DNA of 64,000 nucleotides. It comes from Clostridia bacterium (GTDB taxonomy: Bacteria > Bacillota > Clostridia > Oscillospirales > CAG-272). Every line of letters begins with the position of its first letter. Position 1 is the first letter of the stretch. The notes under the pieces were generated by a model. It was given only the letters and a program-made list of their open reading frames with translations. It did no database searches and was not told where the DNA came from. The DNA lies in the NCBI GenBank assembly GCA_017466375.1, contig JAFTUH010000066.1:18038-82037 (forward strand), written 5' to 3'. The position numbers and the translations under genes are program-made. Of the stretch, positions 9,809 through 18,463 are shown piece after piece.

Positions 9809-11137
9809 ATGAACGGAGATTTGAGCCGCCGTATGCCGTTTTCGCTCGAAGCGGAGCAATCCGTCCTCGGTGCGATTCTGATCGATCCCTCCTGCATGGA
9901 CCGACTCGCAGGCATCATCGGCGCGGAAGATTTTCAACTGGAAGAACACGCGGAGCTTTTCCGCACCATGCAGGGCATGTATCTCCGTTCCCGCACGATC
10001 GACGTCGTTACCCTCCTCGATGAATTGGTGAAAAACGGCGTATACGATGAAGCGGGCGGCAAGGATTACATACGTCTGATTTCCGAAATCGTACCCAGCA
10101 CGGCAAACGTGAAGGATTATGCCGAGATCGTACGCGACAAAAGCACGCTTCGCTCGCTCATTCACGTGTGCGAGGACGTCTCGGAAAGCGCGTACAGCGA
10201 ACAGGATGACGTGGCGCATCTCGTCGAGATGGCGGAGCAGAAAATCTTTGCCATCGCCGAAGGACGCGAGAACAAAAACTTCGTCCATATCAAGGACGCA
10301 CTGATGCAGGTGTACGACCGATTGCATCTGCTCAAGGAAAACAAGGCGGATGTCCTCGGCGTACCGAGCGGATTCTCCGGTTTGGACCGCGTTCTCGTCG
10401 GTATGGGTAAATCGGACTTTATCCTCGTCGGTGCTCGCCCGGGTATGGGTAAAACGAGTTTTGCCATGAACGTAGCAACCAACGTCGCCGAGAGCACCAA
10501 AAAAGCGGTGGCGATCTTCTCCCTTGAAATGTCCGTGGAGCAGCTTGTCTCCCGTATCCTCTCCAGTGAGGCGCTGATTGACAGCTACAAGCTCCGCTCG
10601 GGCGAGCTCACCGATGACGACTGGACGAAGCTGGCGCACGCCGCCTCCCGTCTTTCCGGATGCGATATTCTCATTGACGACACGACGAACATCACGGCAA
10701 CGAGCATGAAAGCAAAGCTCCGCCGGGTGAAAAATCTTGGTCTTGTCGTGATCGACTATCTCGGTCTTATGCACAGCGACCGCAACATTGACAACCGCGT
10801 ACAGGAAGTCGCTGAGATCACCCGTTCCCTGAAAATCATGGCGAAGGAGCTGCAGGTGCCCGTGCTCTGCTGCGCGCAGCTCTCCCGCGGTCCCGAGGGT
10901 CGAACCGACAAGCGCCCGATGCTTTCCGACCTCCGTGACTCCGGTTCTATCGAGCAGGATGCGGATATCGTCCTCTTCCTCTACCGTGATGAATATTATA
11001 AGAATGAAAAAGAACCGCAGAACACCGCCGAGATCATTGTGGCGAAAAACCGCCACGGCTCTACCGGCAACGTGAAAATGGGCTGGTTCGGTCAGTTTAC
11101 GAAATTCACTACGCTCGCAGAAGAACGCGAGGGATGA
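9809..11137 (+). CDS. dnaB: Replicative DNA helicase (DnaB/DnaC type)
   Basis: 442 aa. PFSLEAEQSVLGAIL N-terminus, Walker A GARPGMGKTSF, and the IDYLGLM and SGSIEQDADIV motifs. Confidence 0.97.
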   Translation: MNGDLSRRMPFSLEAEQSVLGAILIDPSCMDRLAGIIGAEDFQLEEHAELFRTMQGMYLRSRTIDVVTLLDELVKNGVYDEAGGKDYIRLISEIVPSTANVKDYAEIVRDKSTLRSLIHVCEDVSESAYSEQDDVAHLVEMAEQKIFAIAEGRENKNFVHIKDALMQVYDRLHLLKENKADVLGVPSGFSGLDRVLVGMGKSDFILVGARPGMGKTSFAMNVATNVAESTKKAVAIFSLEMSVEQLVSRILSSEALIDSYKLRSGELTDDDWTKLAHAASRLSGCDILIDDTTNITATSMKAKLRRVKNLGLVVIDYLGLMHSDRNIDNRVQEVAEITRSLKIMAKELQVPVLCCAQLSRGPEGRTDKRPMLSDLRDSGSIEQDADIVLFLYRDEYYKNEKEPQNTAEIIVAKNRHGSTGNVKMGWFGQFTKFTTLAEEREG

Positions 11138-11304
11138 TTTTCCATCAGAAGAAATTTTTCGCAAAAAATGTGACCGTTTCCGCCGATCACGCGTGTATAC
11201 TGTGAAAAAGGATCGGCACGCGGAACTTTTTTCTGCGAACGCCGTCATATGAATTGGTAAGATAAAAGAATTCCCCCTTTTTCTTCCGTTTTTCGCTGTA
11301 TGCC

Positions 11305-11333
11305 TTGACAAAAATCGCGGCATATAGTAGAAT
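11305..11333 (+). promoter_or_regulatory. Sigma-70-type promoter for the surface-protein gene
   Basis: TTGACA (11305-11310), 17 nt, TAGAAT (11328-11333). Confidence 0.55.
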
Positions 11334-11384
11334 AAAAGCAGAAAACCCGACAATGAAATCCATTTTTCAAGTAAGGAGACAACC

Positions 11385-13058
11385 ATGAAAAGATTCACCA
11401 AAGTGATCGCCGGCATCTGCGCCTCTGTCATGCTGCTTACCGCTTGCCTGACTGCAGGTGTTTCCGCCGCACCCGCTACCCCCGCAACCGATCTGAGTTC
11501 TATTGAGATGTATATGCTCGAGAACCTGCCGACGGCTCCCACCTTCCCGGACGGAAGCTACTACCTCCCCAACGGCATGATCGTTACGCCCTCCCAGGCG
11601 AATGATCTGTACGCAAAGTACTACTGGTACTGGTATCTTTCCAACGGTAAGCCCGTAGCTCCCATTTATCCCTATCCGGGCTACAGCGTCGTCACCCAGC
11701 AGATCGAGATCGATCAGTATCAGACCGTAAATATTCCCTTCAATTACAACCCGGCTTACACCTACAGCACCACCAACGCTGCCGTTGCTGCCGTTGACTC
11801 CTACGGCCGTCTCTTCGGTATCGGTGCAGGTGAGGCACACGTCACGGTTGCTAAGGACGGCTACGTAATCGCAATCGTTAAGGTTACGGTCAAGGCTGCT
11901 CCCGCAGGTACCGCGGCTCCGGTCAAGCTTGTTCTTGCCGCTACCGCTTCTACCATGAAGGTTGGCAACACCGCAAACGTATACGCATACGTAACCGTGA
12001 ACGGCTATCCGAACACGTTCTTCCAGTATGAGCTCGAGTATGCTGTCAGCGATGACAAGGTTATCAAGTTTGATCCCGAGACCAAAACCGTAACCGCTCT
12101 CGCAGCAGGCAAGGCTACGCTCGACGTCACCATCAAGGGCACGAAGATCACCGAGTCCGTTGCTTTCCGCGTATATGAAACGGTTCCGACCTATCCGACG
12201 TACCCGAACTACCCCACCTTCCCGAATTACCCTGTTTACCCGAACCTGCCTGTCTATCCCGGTATCATTTATCCCGGTCTGGTTTACCCCGGCATCGTTC
12301 TCCCCGACATCTTCTGGGAAGGCTTCATCGGCAATGAGGTCGGTGATTACACGATCGAATACACCTGGAGATACATCGGCGGCGAGTGGAAGGTAGTTCC
12401 CGTACTCGTTCCGAAGGATTCCGATAAGACCGACGACAAGACTGACGATACGACCACGACGCCCTCCACGCCCACGCTGACTCCCGAGGAGCTCGAGGAG
12501 ATCAAAAAGCAGGAAGAGGAAGCAAAGAGACTGGCTGAGCTGAAGGCAAACATCGTTCTTGCTCTTGAGGGCAAGCTCGAGTGGCATGAGGTTTACAGCG
12601 ACATCTACGGCAACGCTACCTACTCCGCAGGCGTGAACTACGTTCTGGACAATCAGCTGCTCACCGGAAACGATGACGGTACGTTCACTCCCTATGCTAA
12701 GATGACCTACGGTGACGTAGAGAAGCTGTTCTGCAAGTACCTCACCCTCTCCACCGCTGAGTTCCGCGAGACCGGCATTCTCACCTACAAGAACGCTGAA
12801 GACGTTATCGACCGCGAAGCAATCGCTCTCGCATTCTATAACATGGCGAAATATCTGAAGCTTGATACCTCCGCTACGAAGAATCTCAGCAAGTACACCG
12901 ACGTTAAGTCTCTGGACGACAACTGCGCAGCTGCATTCGAGTGGGCCGTTGTGAACAAGGTAATCTCCATTACCTCCACGAAGCTCAATCCCGACAAGGT
13001 TGTTACCAAGGCAGATCTCGCACAGATGATGTACCGTTTCAACAACTTCGCAAAATAA
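11385..13058 (+). CDS. Secreted cell-surface protein with two Big_2-like Ig domains, an aromatic-proline repeat and C-terminal SLH-like domains
   Basis: - Signal peptide MKRFTKVIAGICASVMLLTACLTAGVSA.
- Big_2-like segments: AVDSYGRLFGIGAGEAHVTV and KFDPETKTVTALAAGKATLDVT.
- SLH-like C-terminal segments: TFTPYAKMTYGDVEKLF and LNPDKVVTKADLAQMMYRF. Confidence 0.75.
   Translation: MKRFTKVIAGICASVMLLTACLTAGVSAAPATPATDLSSIEMYMLENLPTAPTFPDGSYYLPNGMIVTPSQANDLYAKYYWYWYLSNGKPVAPIYPYPGYSVVTQQIEIDQYQTVNIPFNYNPAYTYSTTNAAVAAVDSYGRLFGIGAGEAHVTVAKDGYVIAIVKVTVKAAPAGTAAPVKLVLAATASTMKVGNTANVYAYVTVNGYPNTFFQYELEYAVSDDKVIKFDPETKTVTALAAGKATLDVTIKGTKITESVAFRVYETVPTYPTYPNYPTFPNYPVYPNLPVYPGIIYPGLVYPGIVLPDIFWEGFIGNEVGDYTIEYTWRYIGGEWKVVPVLVPKDSDKTDDKTDDTTTTPSTPTLTPEELEEIKKQEEEAKRLAELKANIVLALEGKLEWHEVYSDIYGNATYSAGVNYVLDNQLLTGNDDGTFTPYAKMTYGDVEKLFCKYLTLSTAEFRETGILTYKNAEDVIDREAIALAFYNMAKYLKLDTSATKNLSKYTDVKSLDDNCAAAFEWAVVNKVISITSTKLNPDKVVTKADLAQMMYRFNNFAK
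12186..12305 (+). repeat. In-frame aromatic-proline repeat (PTYPTYPNYPTFPNYPVYPNLPVYPGIIYPGLVYPGIVLP)
   Basis: About 13 consecutive x-[Y/F/L]-P units read directly from the translation of 11385-13058. Confidence 0.85.
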
Positions 13059-13074
13059 TTCGCACGCACTTCAA

Positions 13075-13107
13075 ACAGCCGATGCAAAAAAGCATCGGCT
13101 GTTTTTT
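13075..13107 (+). terminator. Rho-independent terminator after the surface-protein gene
   Basis: 11-bp stem ACAGCCGATGC / GCATCGGCTGT, A6 loop, then T6. Confidence 0.85.
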
Positions 13108-13129
13108 GAAAAAATTTTCTCCGGGCATC

Positions 13130-13158
13130 TTGCAATACGATTGAAAGTGTGGTATACT
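13130..13158 (+). promoter_or_regulatory. Sigma-70-type promoter for tRNA-Leu
   Basis: TTGCAA (13130-13135), 17 nt, TATACT (13153-13158), 16 nt before the tRNA 5' end. Confidence 0.65.
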
Positions 13159-13174
13159 ATTGCTTGCATCATAC

Positions 13175-13261
13175 GCCGGTGTGATGGAATCGGCAGACGT
13201 GCCGGACTCAAAATCCGGTCCTGGCAACAGGGTGCGGGTTCGACCCCCGCCACCGGCACCA
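13175..13261 (+). tRNA. tRNA-Leu (anticodon CAA)
   Basis: - Acceptor stem GCCGGTG / CACCGGC.
- Anticodon arm CCGGA-CTCAAAA-TCCGG, giving anticodon CAA.
- Long variable arm (class II).
- T-arm GCGGG-TTCGACC-CCCGC.
- Encoded 3' ACCA. Confidence 0.9.
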
Positions 13262-13262
13262 A

Positions 13263-13303
13263 AGAAAAGCAATCAAGCCTTTCGGTTTGGTTGCTTTTCT
13301 TTA
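13263..13303 (+). terminator. Hairpin terminator after tRNA-Leu
   Basis: 10-bp stem AGAAAAGCAA / TTGCTTTTCT followed by TT. Confidence 0.55.
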
Positions 13304-13427
13304 TCTGAAGCGGGGGGCGAAGGCCGCGTCTTAAAAAAGTGTCCGGTGGACACTTTTTCCGCGGCACCGCTCCTGCCCGCAGGCTGGGCGTCGGTTATAT
13401 AAAGTTTGAAAAAATTCAGTGAATTTA

Positions 13428-13456
13428 TTGACTTTTTTTCCGATTTATGTTATAGT
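13428..13456 (+). promoter_or_regulatory. Sigma-70-type promoter for the oxidoreductase gene
   Basis: TTGACT (13428-13433), 17 nt, TATAGT (13451-13456). Confidence 0.55.
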
Positions 13457-13544
13457 AATTTTGATCGGGATAGTATCCTGCGCAGGAGACGGTATTTCCC
13501 TGCGGAAAATCATTTATATCACAAAGAAAGTCAGGTACAAAGGT

Positions 13545-14693
13545 ATGAAAGAAATCAGAATCGGTATTTTCGGCGGCTCACGCGGAAGAAACTACTACGG
13601 TCCGTTCGATGCAATTGAAGGCGCCCGCATTGTTGCAATCGCGGATAAAAAGCCCGAAGTCCGCGAAAAGCTGAAGGAAATTGTCGCCGAGGACGTTGTC
13701 GTCTGCGAAACGTGGGACGAAATGCTTGCAGTCGGACTCGACGCCGTTATTCTTGCAAACTATTTCCACGAGCACTGCAAATATGCCATCATGGCCATGG
13801 AGGCAGGCATCGACGTAATCAGCGAGACGACGGCTGCTCCTACGCTCGGCGAGTGCCTCGATCTCGTAGAGTGCGTTGAGCGCACCGGCCGCAAGTACAT
13901 GCTCGCTGCCAACTGCCCGAAGATGCCCGGCCCGGCTGAACTCGGAAGCGTTTACCAGTCCGGCGTGCTCGGTGAGGTTCTTTATGCAGAAGCTGAGTAC
14001 TGCCATCCCATGTCTGCCGAGGAATCCAGCGGTCTCGCACCGGAGGAGTTCCACTGGCGCAAATATCTGCCCGGCACCTACTACAACATGCACACGCTCG
14101 GTGTACTGATGGCTGCAACCAAGCTGCTTCCGCGCCGCGTAACCGCTATGGACGTCAAGACCAAGAGTTGCGAGGCTCGTAAGGGTGTTATCACCAATGC
14201 AGTATCCGCAGGTATCGCACTTTACGAGATGGAGAACGGCTCTGTCTTCCGTTCCACCGGTTGGGTCAAGATGAGACCGGCCGGCAAGTGGTTCCGCCTC
14301 TCCTGCGAGAACGGTACGATCGAGACCGACCGTGAGAATCAGGACCGCGTTCTTCTCCGCAGCAAGGATCAGAAGTCCATGCTCTATGATCCGATGGATT
14401 GGCAGTACACCGCAGAAGAGAGAAAAGGCGGCCACGGCGGTGCGGATACACGCATTTGCCAGCAGATCTGCGACTATCTCTCCGGCAAGGATGAGGAACC
14501 GATCATCGATATCTACCGCGGCGTAGCTCTTTCGCTGGCCGCTATCTACGGTCACTACAGCGTTCTTGAAGGAAAGACCTTTGATATTCCGGACATGAAA
14601 GACAAGACTGCACGCGAGGTTCTCCGCGGCGACTACCGCACGCCTTTCGTCGATCCCGGTAAGGAAGCAACCCTTGCTTGCAACAGAGGTTAA
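13545..14693 (+). CDS. Gfo/Idh/MocA family NAD(P)-dependent oxidoreductase
   Basis: ORF 13419-14693. The true start is most likely ATG 13545 (MKEIRIGIFGGSRG, a Rossmann N-terminus), because the promoter lies inside the longer ORF. Confidence 0.8.
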   Translation: MKEIRIGIFGGSRGRNYYGPFDAIEGARIVAIADKKPEVREKLKEIVAEDVVVCETWDEMLAVGLDAVILANYFHEHCKYAIMAMEAGIDVISETTAAPTLGECLDLVECVERTGRKYMLAANCPKMPGPAELGSVYQSGVLGEVLYAEAEYCHPMSAEESSGLAPEEFHWRKYLPGTYYNMHTLGVLMAATKLLPRRVTAMDVKTKSCEARKGVITNAVSAGIALYEMENGSVFRSTGWVKMRPAGKWFRLSCENGTIETDRENQDRVLLRSKDQKSMLYDPMDWQYTAEERKGGHGGADTRICQQICDYLSGKDEEPIIDIYRGVALSLAAIYGHYSVLEGKTFDIPDMKDKTAREVLRGDYRTPFVDPGKEATLACNRG

Positions 14694-14747
14694 TTCGCGA
14701 ATTCTCTCAAATCAGTGATATGTGAGATGTCAATGGAGAACACGAAC

Positions 14748-15029
14748 ATGGAAGTCAGGACAAAAGGAACCGTTCTGGATGTCAAAAAGCAGTGGTGGCT
14801 GAAAGTCAACACAAAGCCTTTCCGCGCCCATACGTTTGACGGTGCTCTGTTTCCGCATATCGTAACTGTCAGATACACGGCAAATGGAACGGAAATCATC
14901 AGAAAAAAGTGGGTAGGCGCGCGTATGCACTGCCCAAGTGTCAACGAAACAGTAACGGTCATCTATCGGCAGGATAAGCCGACAAAATGCCGTTTGGAAC
15001 TGGTTGGCCGTTCACCTCTCGATGAATAA
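14748..15029 (+). CDS. Small conserved hypothetical protein (93 aa)
   Basis: ORF 14715-15029. ATG 14748 has GGAG 9 nt upstream. I can name no family. Confidence 0.45.
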   Translation: MEVRTKGTVLDVKKQWWLKVNTKPFRAHTFDGALFPHIVTVRYTANGTEIIRKKWVGARMHCPSVNETVTVIYRQDKPTKCRLELVGRSPLDE

Positions 15030-15060
15030 AAACTTTTTCTGACAACTTTCGTACTTCTTC

Positions 15061-15089
15061 TTGACAACGCGCAAAATTTCCTGTATACT
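15061..15089 (+). promoter_or_regulatory. Sigma-70-type promoter of the riboswitch-controlled operon
   Basis: TTGACA (15061-15066), 17 nt, TATACT (15084-15089). Confidence 0.7.
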
Positions 15090-15107
15090 TAATGTACAAG
15101 TTAAAAG

Positions 15108-15180
15108 AATCTGTACTGCTGGCGGATAAGTGGAAAAACCACGTGTGGTACAGACCGTACTAAGCCGACCGCCTGGGCAA
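15108..15180 (+). promoter_or_regulatory. ZTP riboswitch (pfl motif) aptamer
   Basis: P1 CTGTAC (15111-16) / GTACAG (15148-53). Conserved CTGGCGG segment. P2 GTGG / CCAC. A linker, then the hallmark ACCGCCTGGGCA (15168-15179). Confidence 0.8.
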
Positions 15181-15212
15181 TCCTGCATTTCGCCGGATTG
15201 CCCTTTGTTTTT
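15175..15212 (+). terminator. Riboswitch expression-platform terminator
   Basis: Stem GGGCAATCC (15175-83) / GGATTGCCC (15195-203), then TTTGTTTTT. The 5' arm re-uses the aptamer GGGCA, so ligand binding and terminator formation are mutually exclusive (an ON switch). Confidence 0.8.
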
Positions 15213-15237
15213 CGGCACACAATATGGAGGAAAGCGC

Positions 15238-15894
15238 ATGAAACAGAAACTTATCAGTTACAAGAACGCCTTCTTCGCCGCGATTGCGGCCGGTATCTTC
15301 ATCGGCATCGGCGGCACGGCTCTCCTCTCTCTGAAAGACGCCGCAAGTCCGATCGCCGGCATCTACAACATCATCGGTGCATGTGCGTTTACGATCGCCC
15401 TGCTCTGCATCTGCATGATGGGACTGTACCTGTTCACCGGTAAAGTTGGATTTCTCGTGTACGACCACTCGGGAACGAACATTCTCACCGTGGTATCCGG
15501 TCTGCTCGGCAACCTCGTCGGCACGTTTCTGACGGCACAGGTCGTCCGCATCGCACGCCCGAACACGATCGCTGTTGCACAGGCGCTTGTCGCGCCGAAA
15601 CTCGCCGATCAGGTGTGGTATCAAACGATCCTCTCCGGCATCATGTGCGGTATCCTCATGTACACCGCCGTGCGCATTTACCGCGACCACAAATCCCCTG
15701 TCGCCATTTTCTTCTGCGTACCTGTGTTCATCCTGTCCGGATTTGAGCACTCCATCGCGGATATGTTCTACTTCTTCCAGGCGGGTGTCTTCTCGCTCGA
15801 TGTCGCCGTTTTCCTTCTCCTCGTCATTATCGGAAACGCGATCGGCGGCATGCTTCTCCCCATCCTTCGCCTGCTCAGCGGTGAGAAGGACTGA
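15238..15894 (+). CDS. Formate/nitrite transporter (FNT) family channel
   Basis: 218 aa from ATG 15238 (GGAGG 8 nt upstream). The part of ORF 15130-15894 upstream of this ATG is the riboswitch. Six TM segments. FNT signatures LFTG and GFEHSIADMF. Confidence 0.85.
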   Translation: MKQKLISYKNAFFAAIAAGIFIGIGGTALLSLKDAASPIAGIYNIIGACAFTIALLCICMMGLYLFTGKVGFLVYDHSGTNILTVVSGLLGNLVGTFLTAQVVRIARPNTIAVAQALVAPKLADQVWYQTILSGIMCGILMYTAVRIYRDHKSPVAIFFCVPVFILSGFEHSIADMFYFFQAGVFSLDVAVFLLLVIIGNAIGGMLLPILRLLSGEKD

Positions 15895-15936
15895 TTTCGT
15901 TTATCATTTCATCAATATATATCGGAGGAAATTACA

Positions 15937-16656
15937 ATGAGTATCTACGACAATGCTTCCCTTGCGACGCTGCTTTCTGAGAACACCTATCCCGGCCACG
16001 GCATCGTGATCGGCAAGAGTGAGGACGGCAAGTCCGCCGTAATCGCCTACTTCATCATGGGCAGAAGCGAAAACAGCCGCAACCGCGTCTTTATCGAAAA
16101 CGGCAGCGAGGTCATCATCCATCCGTTTGACGCATCCAAGGTGGAGGATCCGTCCCTCATCATCTACTCCCCCATCCGCAAGTACGAAAACCGTCTCATC
16201 GTAACGAACGGCGACCAGACGGACACCGTGTACGAAGGGCTGAAAGCGGGCAAGACGTTTGAGGCAGCGCTCGAAACACGCGCATTTGAGCCGGATGCAC
16301 CGAACTTTACCCCCCGCATCAGCGGTATGCTGACGTTCGCAAACGGCAACTTCACCTACAAGATGAGCATTCTCAAGAGTGCCGACGCGGAGGGCACGGC
16401 GTGCAACCGTTTCGCGTTCACCTACGCACCGATCGCCGGTGTCGGTCACTTCCTGCACACCTACAACTGTGACGGCAATCCGATCCCGACGTTCACGGGC
16501 GAACCGGAGAGAGTCGCGATCCCGTCCGACATCGACGCGTTTGCCGATATGATCTGGGCAAACCTGAACGAGCAGAACAAGATCTCCCTCTACGTCCGCT
16601 ACACCGATCTCGCGACGGGTGCGGAAACCAACCGCATGTTCAACAAAAACAAATAA
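15937..16656 (+). CDS. PurO-type IMP cyclohydrolase-like protein
   Basis: 239 aa. The pattern YPGHGIVIG..G..AVIAYFIMGRSENSRNR, IVTNGDQTDT, FTPRISG parallels archaeal PurO (IMP_cyclohyd family). Recognised by eye. Confidence 0.7.
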   Translation: MSIYDNASLATLLSENTYPGHGIVIGKSEDGKSAVIAYFIMGRSENSRNRVFIENGSEVIIHPFDASKVEDPSLIIYSPIRKYENRLIVTNGDQTDTVYEGLKAGKTFEAALETRAFEPDAPNFTPRISGMLTFANGNFTYKMSILKSADAEGTACNRFAFTYAPIAGVGHFLHTYNCDGNPIPTFTGEPERVAIPSDIDAFADMIWANLNEQNKISLYVRYTDLATGAETNRMFNKNK

Positions 16657-16674
16657 TATATTACGGAGGCTGAC

Positions 16675-18348
16675 ATGGCATACCTGAGTGACATTGAAAT
16701 CGCACAGTCCATTACGATGAAACCCATTTCCGAAATCGCCGCAAAGGCAGGCATCGACGACAAATACGTCGAGAATTACGGAAAATACAAGGCAAAAATC
16801 GATCTCTCCCTCCTGAATGATTCCGCACGCAAAGACGGAAAACTGATCCTCGTAACCGCGATCACGCCCACTCCCGCGGGCGAGGGCAAAACGACGACCA
16901 CCATCGGTCTCGCAGACGGTCTCTCCAAAATCGGCAAGAATGTCATGGTAGCCCTCCGCGAGCCGTCCCTCGGTCCGGTATTCGGCGTCAAGGGCGGTGC
17001 CGCAGGCGGCGGTTACGCACAGGTCGTTCCGATGGAGGACATCAACCTCCACTTCACCGGTGACTTCCACGCCATCGGCGCGGCAAACAACCTGCTTGCC
17101 GCTATGCTGGACAACCACATCTACCAGGGCAACGCCCTCGGCATTGATCCCCGCCGCATCACGTGGCACCGCTGTGTCGATATGAACGACCGCCAGCTCC
17201 GCTTCGTTGTGGACGGTCTCGGCGGTCGCGTCAACGGCACGCCGCGCGAGGACAGTTACGACATCACCGTAGCGTCCGAGATCATGGCAGTGCTCTGCCT
17301 GGCAAATTCCCTGAAAGATCTGAAAGAACGTCTCTCCCGCATCATCGTCGGCTATACGTACGACGAAAAGCCGGTCACGGCAGGCGATCTCAAGGCTCAC
17401 GGTGCGATGGCGGCTCTTCTCAAGGATGCCCTCAAGCCGAATCTCGTACAGACGCTCGAAGGCACACCCGCATTCGTACACGGCGGTCCGTTCGCAAACA
17501 TCGCACACGGATGCAACTCCGTCATCGCTACGAAAATGGCAATGAAACTCGGCGACTACGCCGTTACCGAGGCAGGCTTCGGTGCCGATCTCGGTGCGGA
17601 GAAATTCCTTGACATCAAGTGCCGCTATGCCGGTCTTACCCCGTCCGCTGTTGTTGTCGTCGCTACCGTCCGCGCGCTCAAGATGCACGGCGGTCTTGCC
17701 AAGACGGAACTCGGCACAGAGAATCTTGACGCGCTCGGAAAGGGTCTGCCGAATCTTCTCCGCCACGTTTCCAACATCCGCGACGTATACGGTCTGCCCG
17801 CAGTCGTCGCAGTCAACCGCTTCCCCACCGATACGGATGCGGAAGTTGCGCTTGTTATCGAGAAATGTAAAGCACTCGGCGTAAACGTCGTTCTGTCCGA
17901 TGTATGGGCAAAGGGCGGAGAGGGCGGTATCGCTCTTGCTGAGGAAGTTGTCCGTCTGTGTGAGCAGCCGTCCGATTTCCGCTTCAGTTACGATCTCGAT
18001 CTTCCGATCGACGAGAAGATCCGCACGCTCGTCCGCCGCGTCTACCGCGGTGCGGACATCTCCATCCTGCCCTCCGCGCAGAAGCAGATCGCACAGCTCA
18101 CGGCGCTCGGCTTTGACAAACTGCCGATCTGCGTGGCAAAGACGCAGTACAGCTTCTCTGACGATCCGGCAAAGCTCGGCGCCCCCGAGGATTTCACCGT
18201 CACCGTCAAGAATGTGAAGATCTCCGCAGGTGCCGGCTTCCTCGTCATCCTCACAGGCGATATCATGACGATGCCCGGTCTGCCGAAGGTTCCTGCCGCA
18301 GAGCGCATTGACGTCTCTGATGACGGCGTAATCAGCGGTCTGTTCTGA
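16675..18348 (+). CDS. fhs: Formate--tetrahydrofolate ligase
   Basis: 557 aa. Motifs [30 protein letters not shown] and KTQYSFSDD. Confidence 0.97.
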   Translation: MAYLSDIEIAQSITMKPISEIAAKAGIDDKYVENYGKYKAKIDLSLLNDSARKDGKLILVTAITPTPAGEGKTTTTIGLADGLSKIGKNVMVALREPSLGPVFGVKGGAAGGGYAQVVPMEDINLHFTGDFHAIGAANNLLAAMLDNHIYQGNALGIDPRRITWHRCVDMNDRQLRFVVDGLGGRVNGTPREDSYDITVASEIMAVLCLANSLKDLKERLSRIIVGYTYDEKPVTAGDLKAHGAMAALLKDALKPNLVQTLEGTPAFVHGGPFANIAHGCNSVIATKMAMKLGDYAVTEAGFGADLGAEKFLDIKCRYAGLTPSAVVVVATVRALKMHGGLAKTELGTENLDALGKGLPNLLRHVSNIRDVYGLPAVVAVNRFPTDTDAEVALVIEKCKALGVNVVLSDVWAKGGEGGIALAEEVVRLCEQPSDFRFSYDLDLPIDEKIRTLVRRVYRGADISILPSAQKQIAQLTALGFDKLPICVAKTQYSFSDDPAKLGAPEDFTVTVKNVKISAGAGFLVILTGDIMTMPGLPKVPAAERIDVSDDGVISGLF

Positions 18349-18391
18349 TTCAAAAAATCCGAAAATTATCCAAAAAAAGGAAGATTTCGTG

Positions 18392-18420
18392 TTGCATTTT
18401 TCGTAGGAATATGGTATAAT
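18392..18420 (+). promoter_or_regulatory. Sigma-70-type promoter for purC
   Basis: TTGCAT (18392-97), 17 nt, TGgTATAAT (-10 hexamer at 18415-20). Confidence 0.6.
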
Positions 18421-18463
18421 ACTGTTGTTCCTATAAATCTCACACGAAAGCGGGAAATAAATC

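Noticed and set aside
7265-11542. A 1425-aa minus-strand ORF spanning 4.3 kb.
   Set aside because: - It lies exactly antisense to gdpP, rplI and dnaB, all of which have unmistakable protein signatures.
- All three sense genes start at coordinates congruent to 2 mod 3 (7262, 9356, 9809).
- The antisense ORF uses the codon-aligned reverse frame. It therefore stays open simply because the sense genes avoid TTA, CTA and TCA codons.
- Its translation is low-complexity (rich in R, A, G, D, V, H and C) with no recognisable domain.
- It is a shadow ORF of codon bias.
13175-13430. tRNA-Leu as a possible integration hotspot, with a GC-rich 160-nt non-coding stretch downstream.
   Set aside because: There is no integrase gene, no direct repeat of the tRNA 3' end downstream, and no GC or gene-content break. 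The stretch holds only hairpins and the promoter of the next gene.
15130-15237. The N-terminal extension of the FNT ORF (the track starts it at 15130). Similar upstream extensions occur in other ORFs (13419, 19217, 20956, 24963, 41982, 44344, 46368, 59632, 62759).
   Set aside because: The extended parts overlap promoters, the riboswitch or terminators, and they lack RBSs. Internal ATG or GTG codons with good Shine-Dalgarno sequences and family-typical N-termini were preferred.
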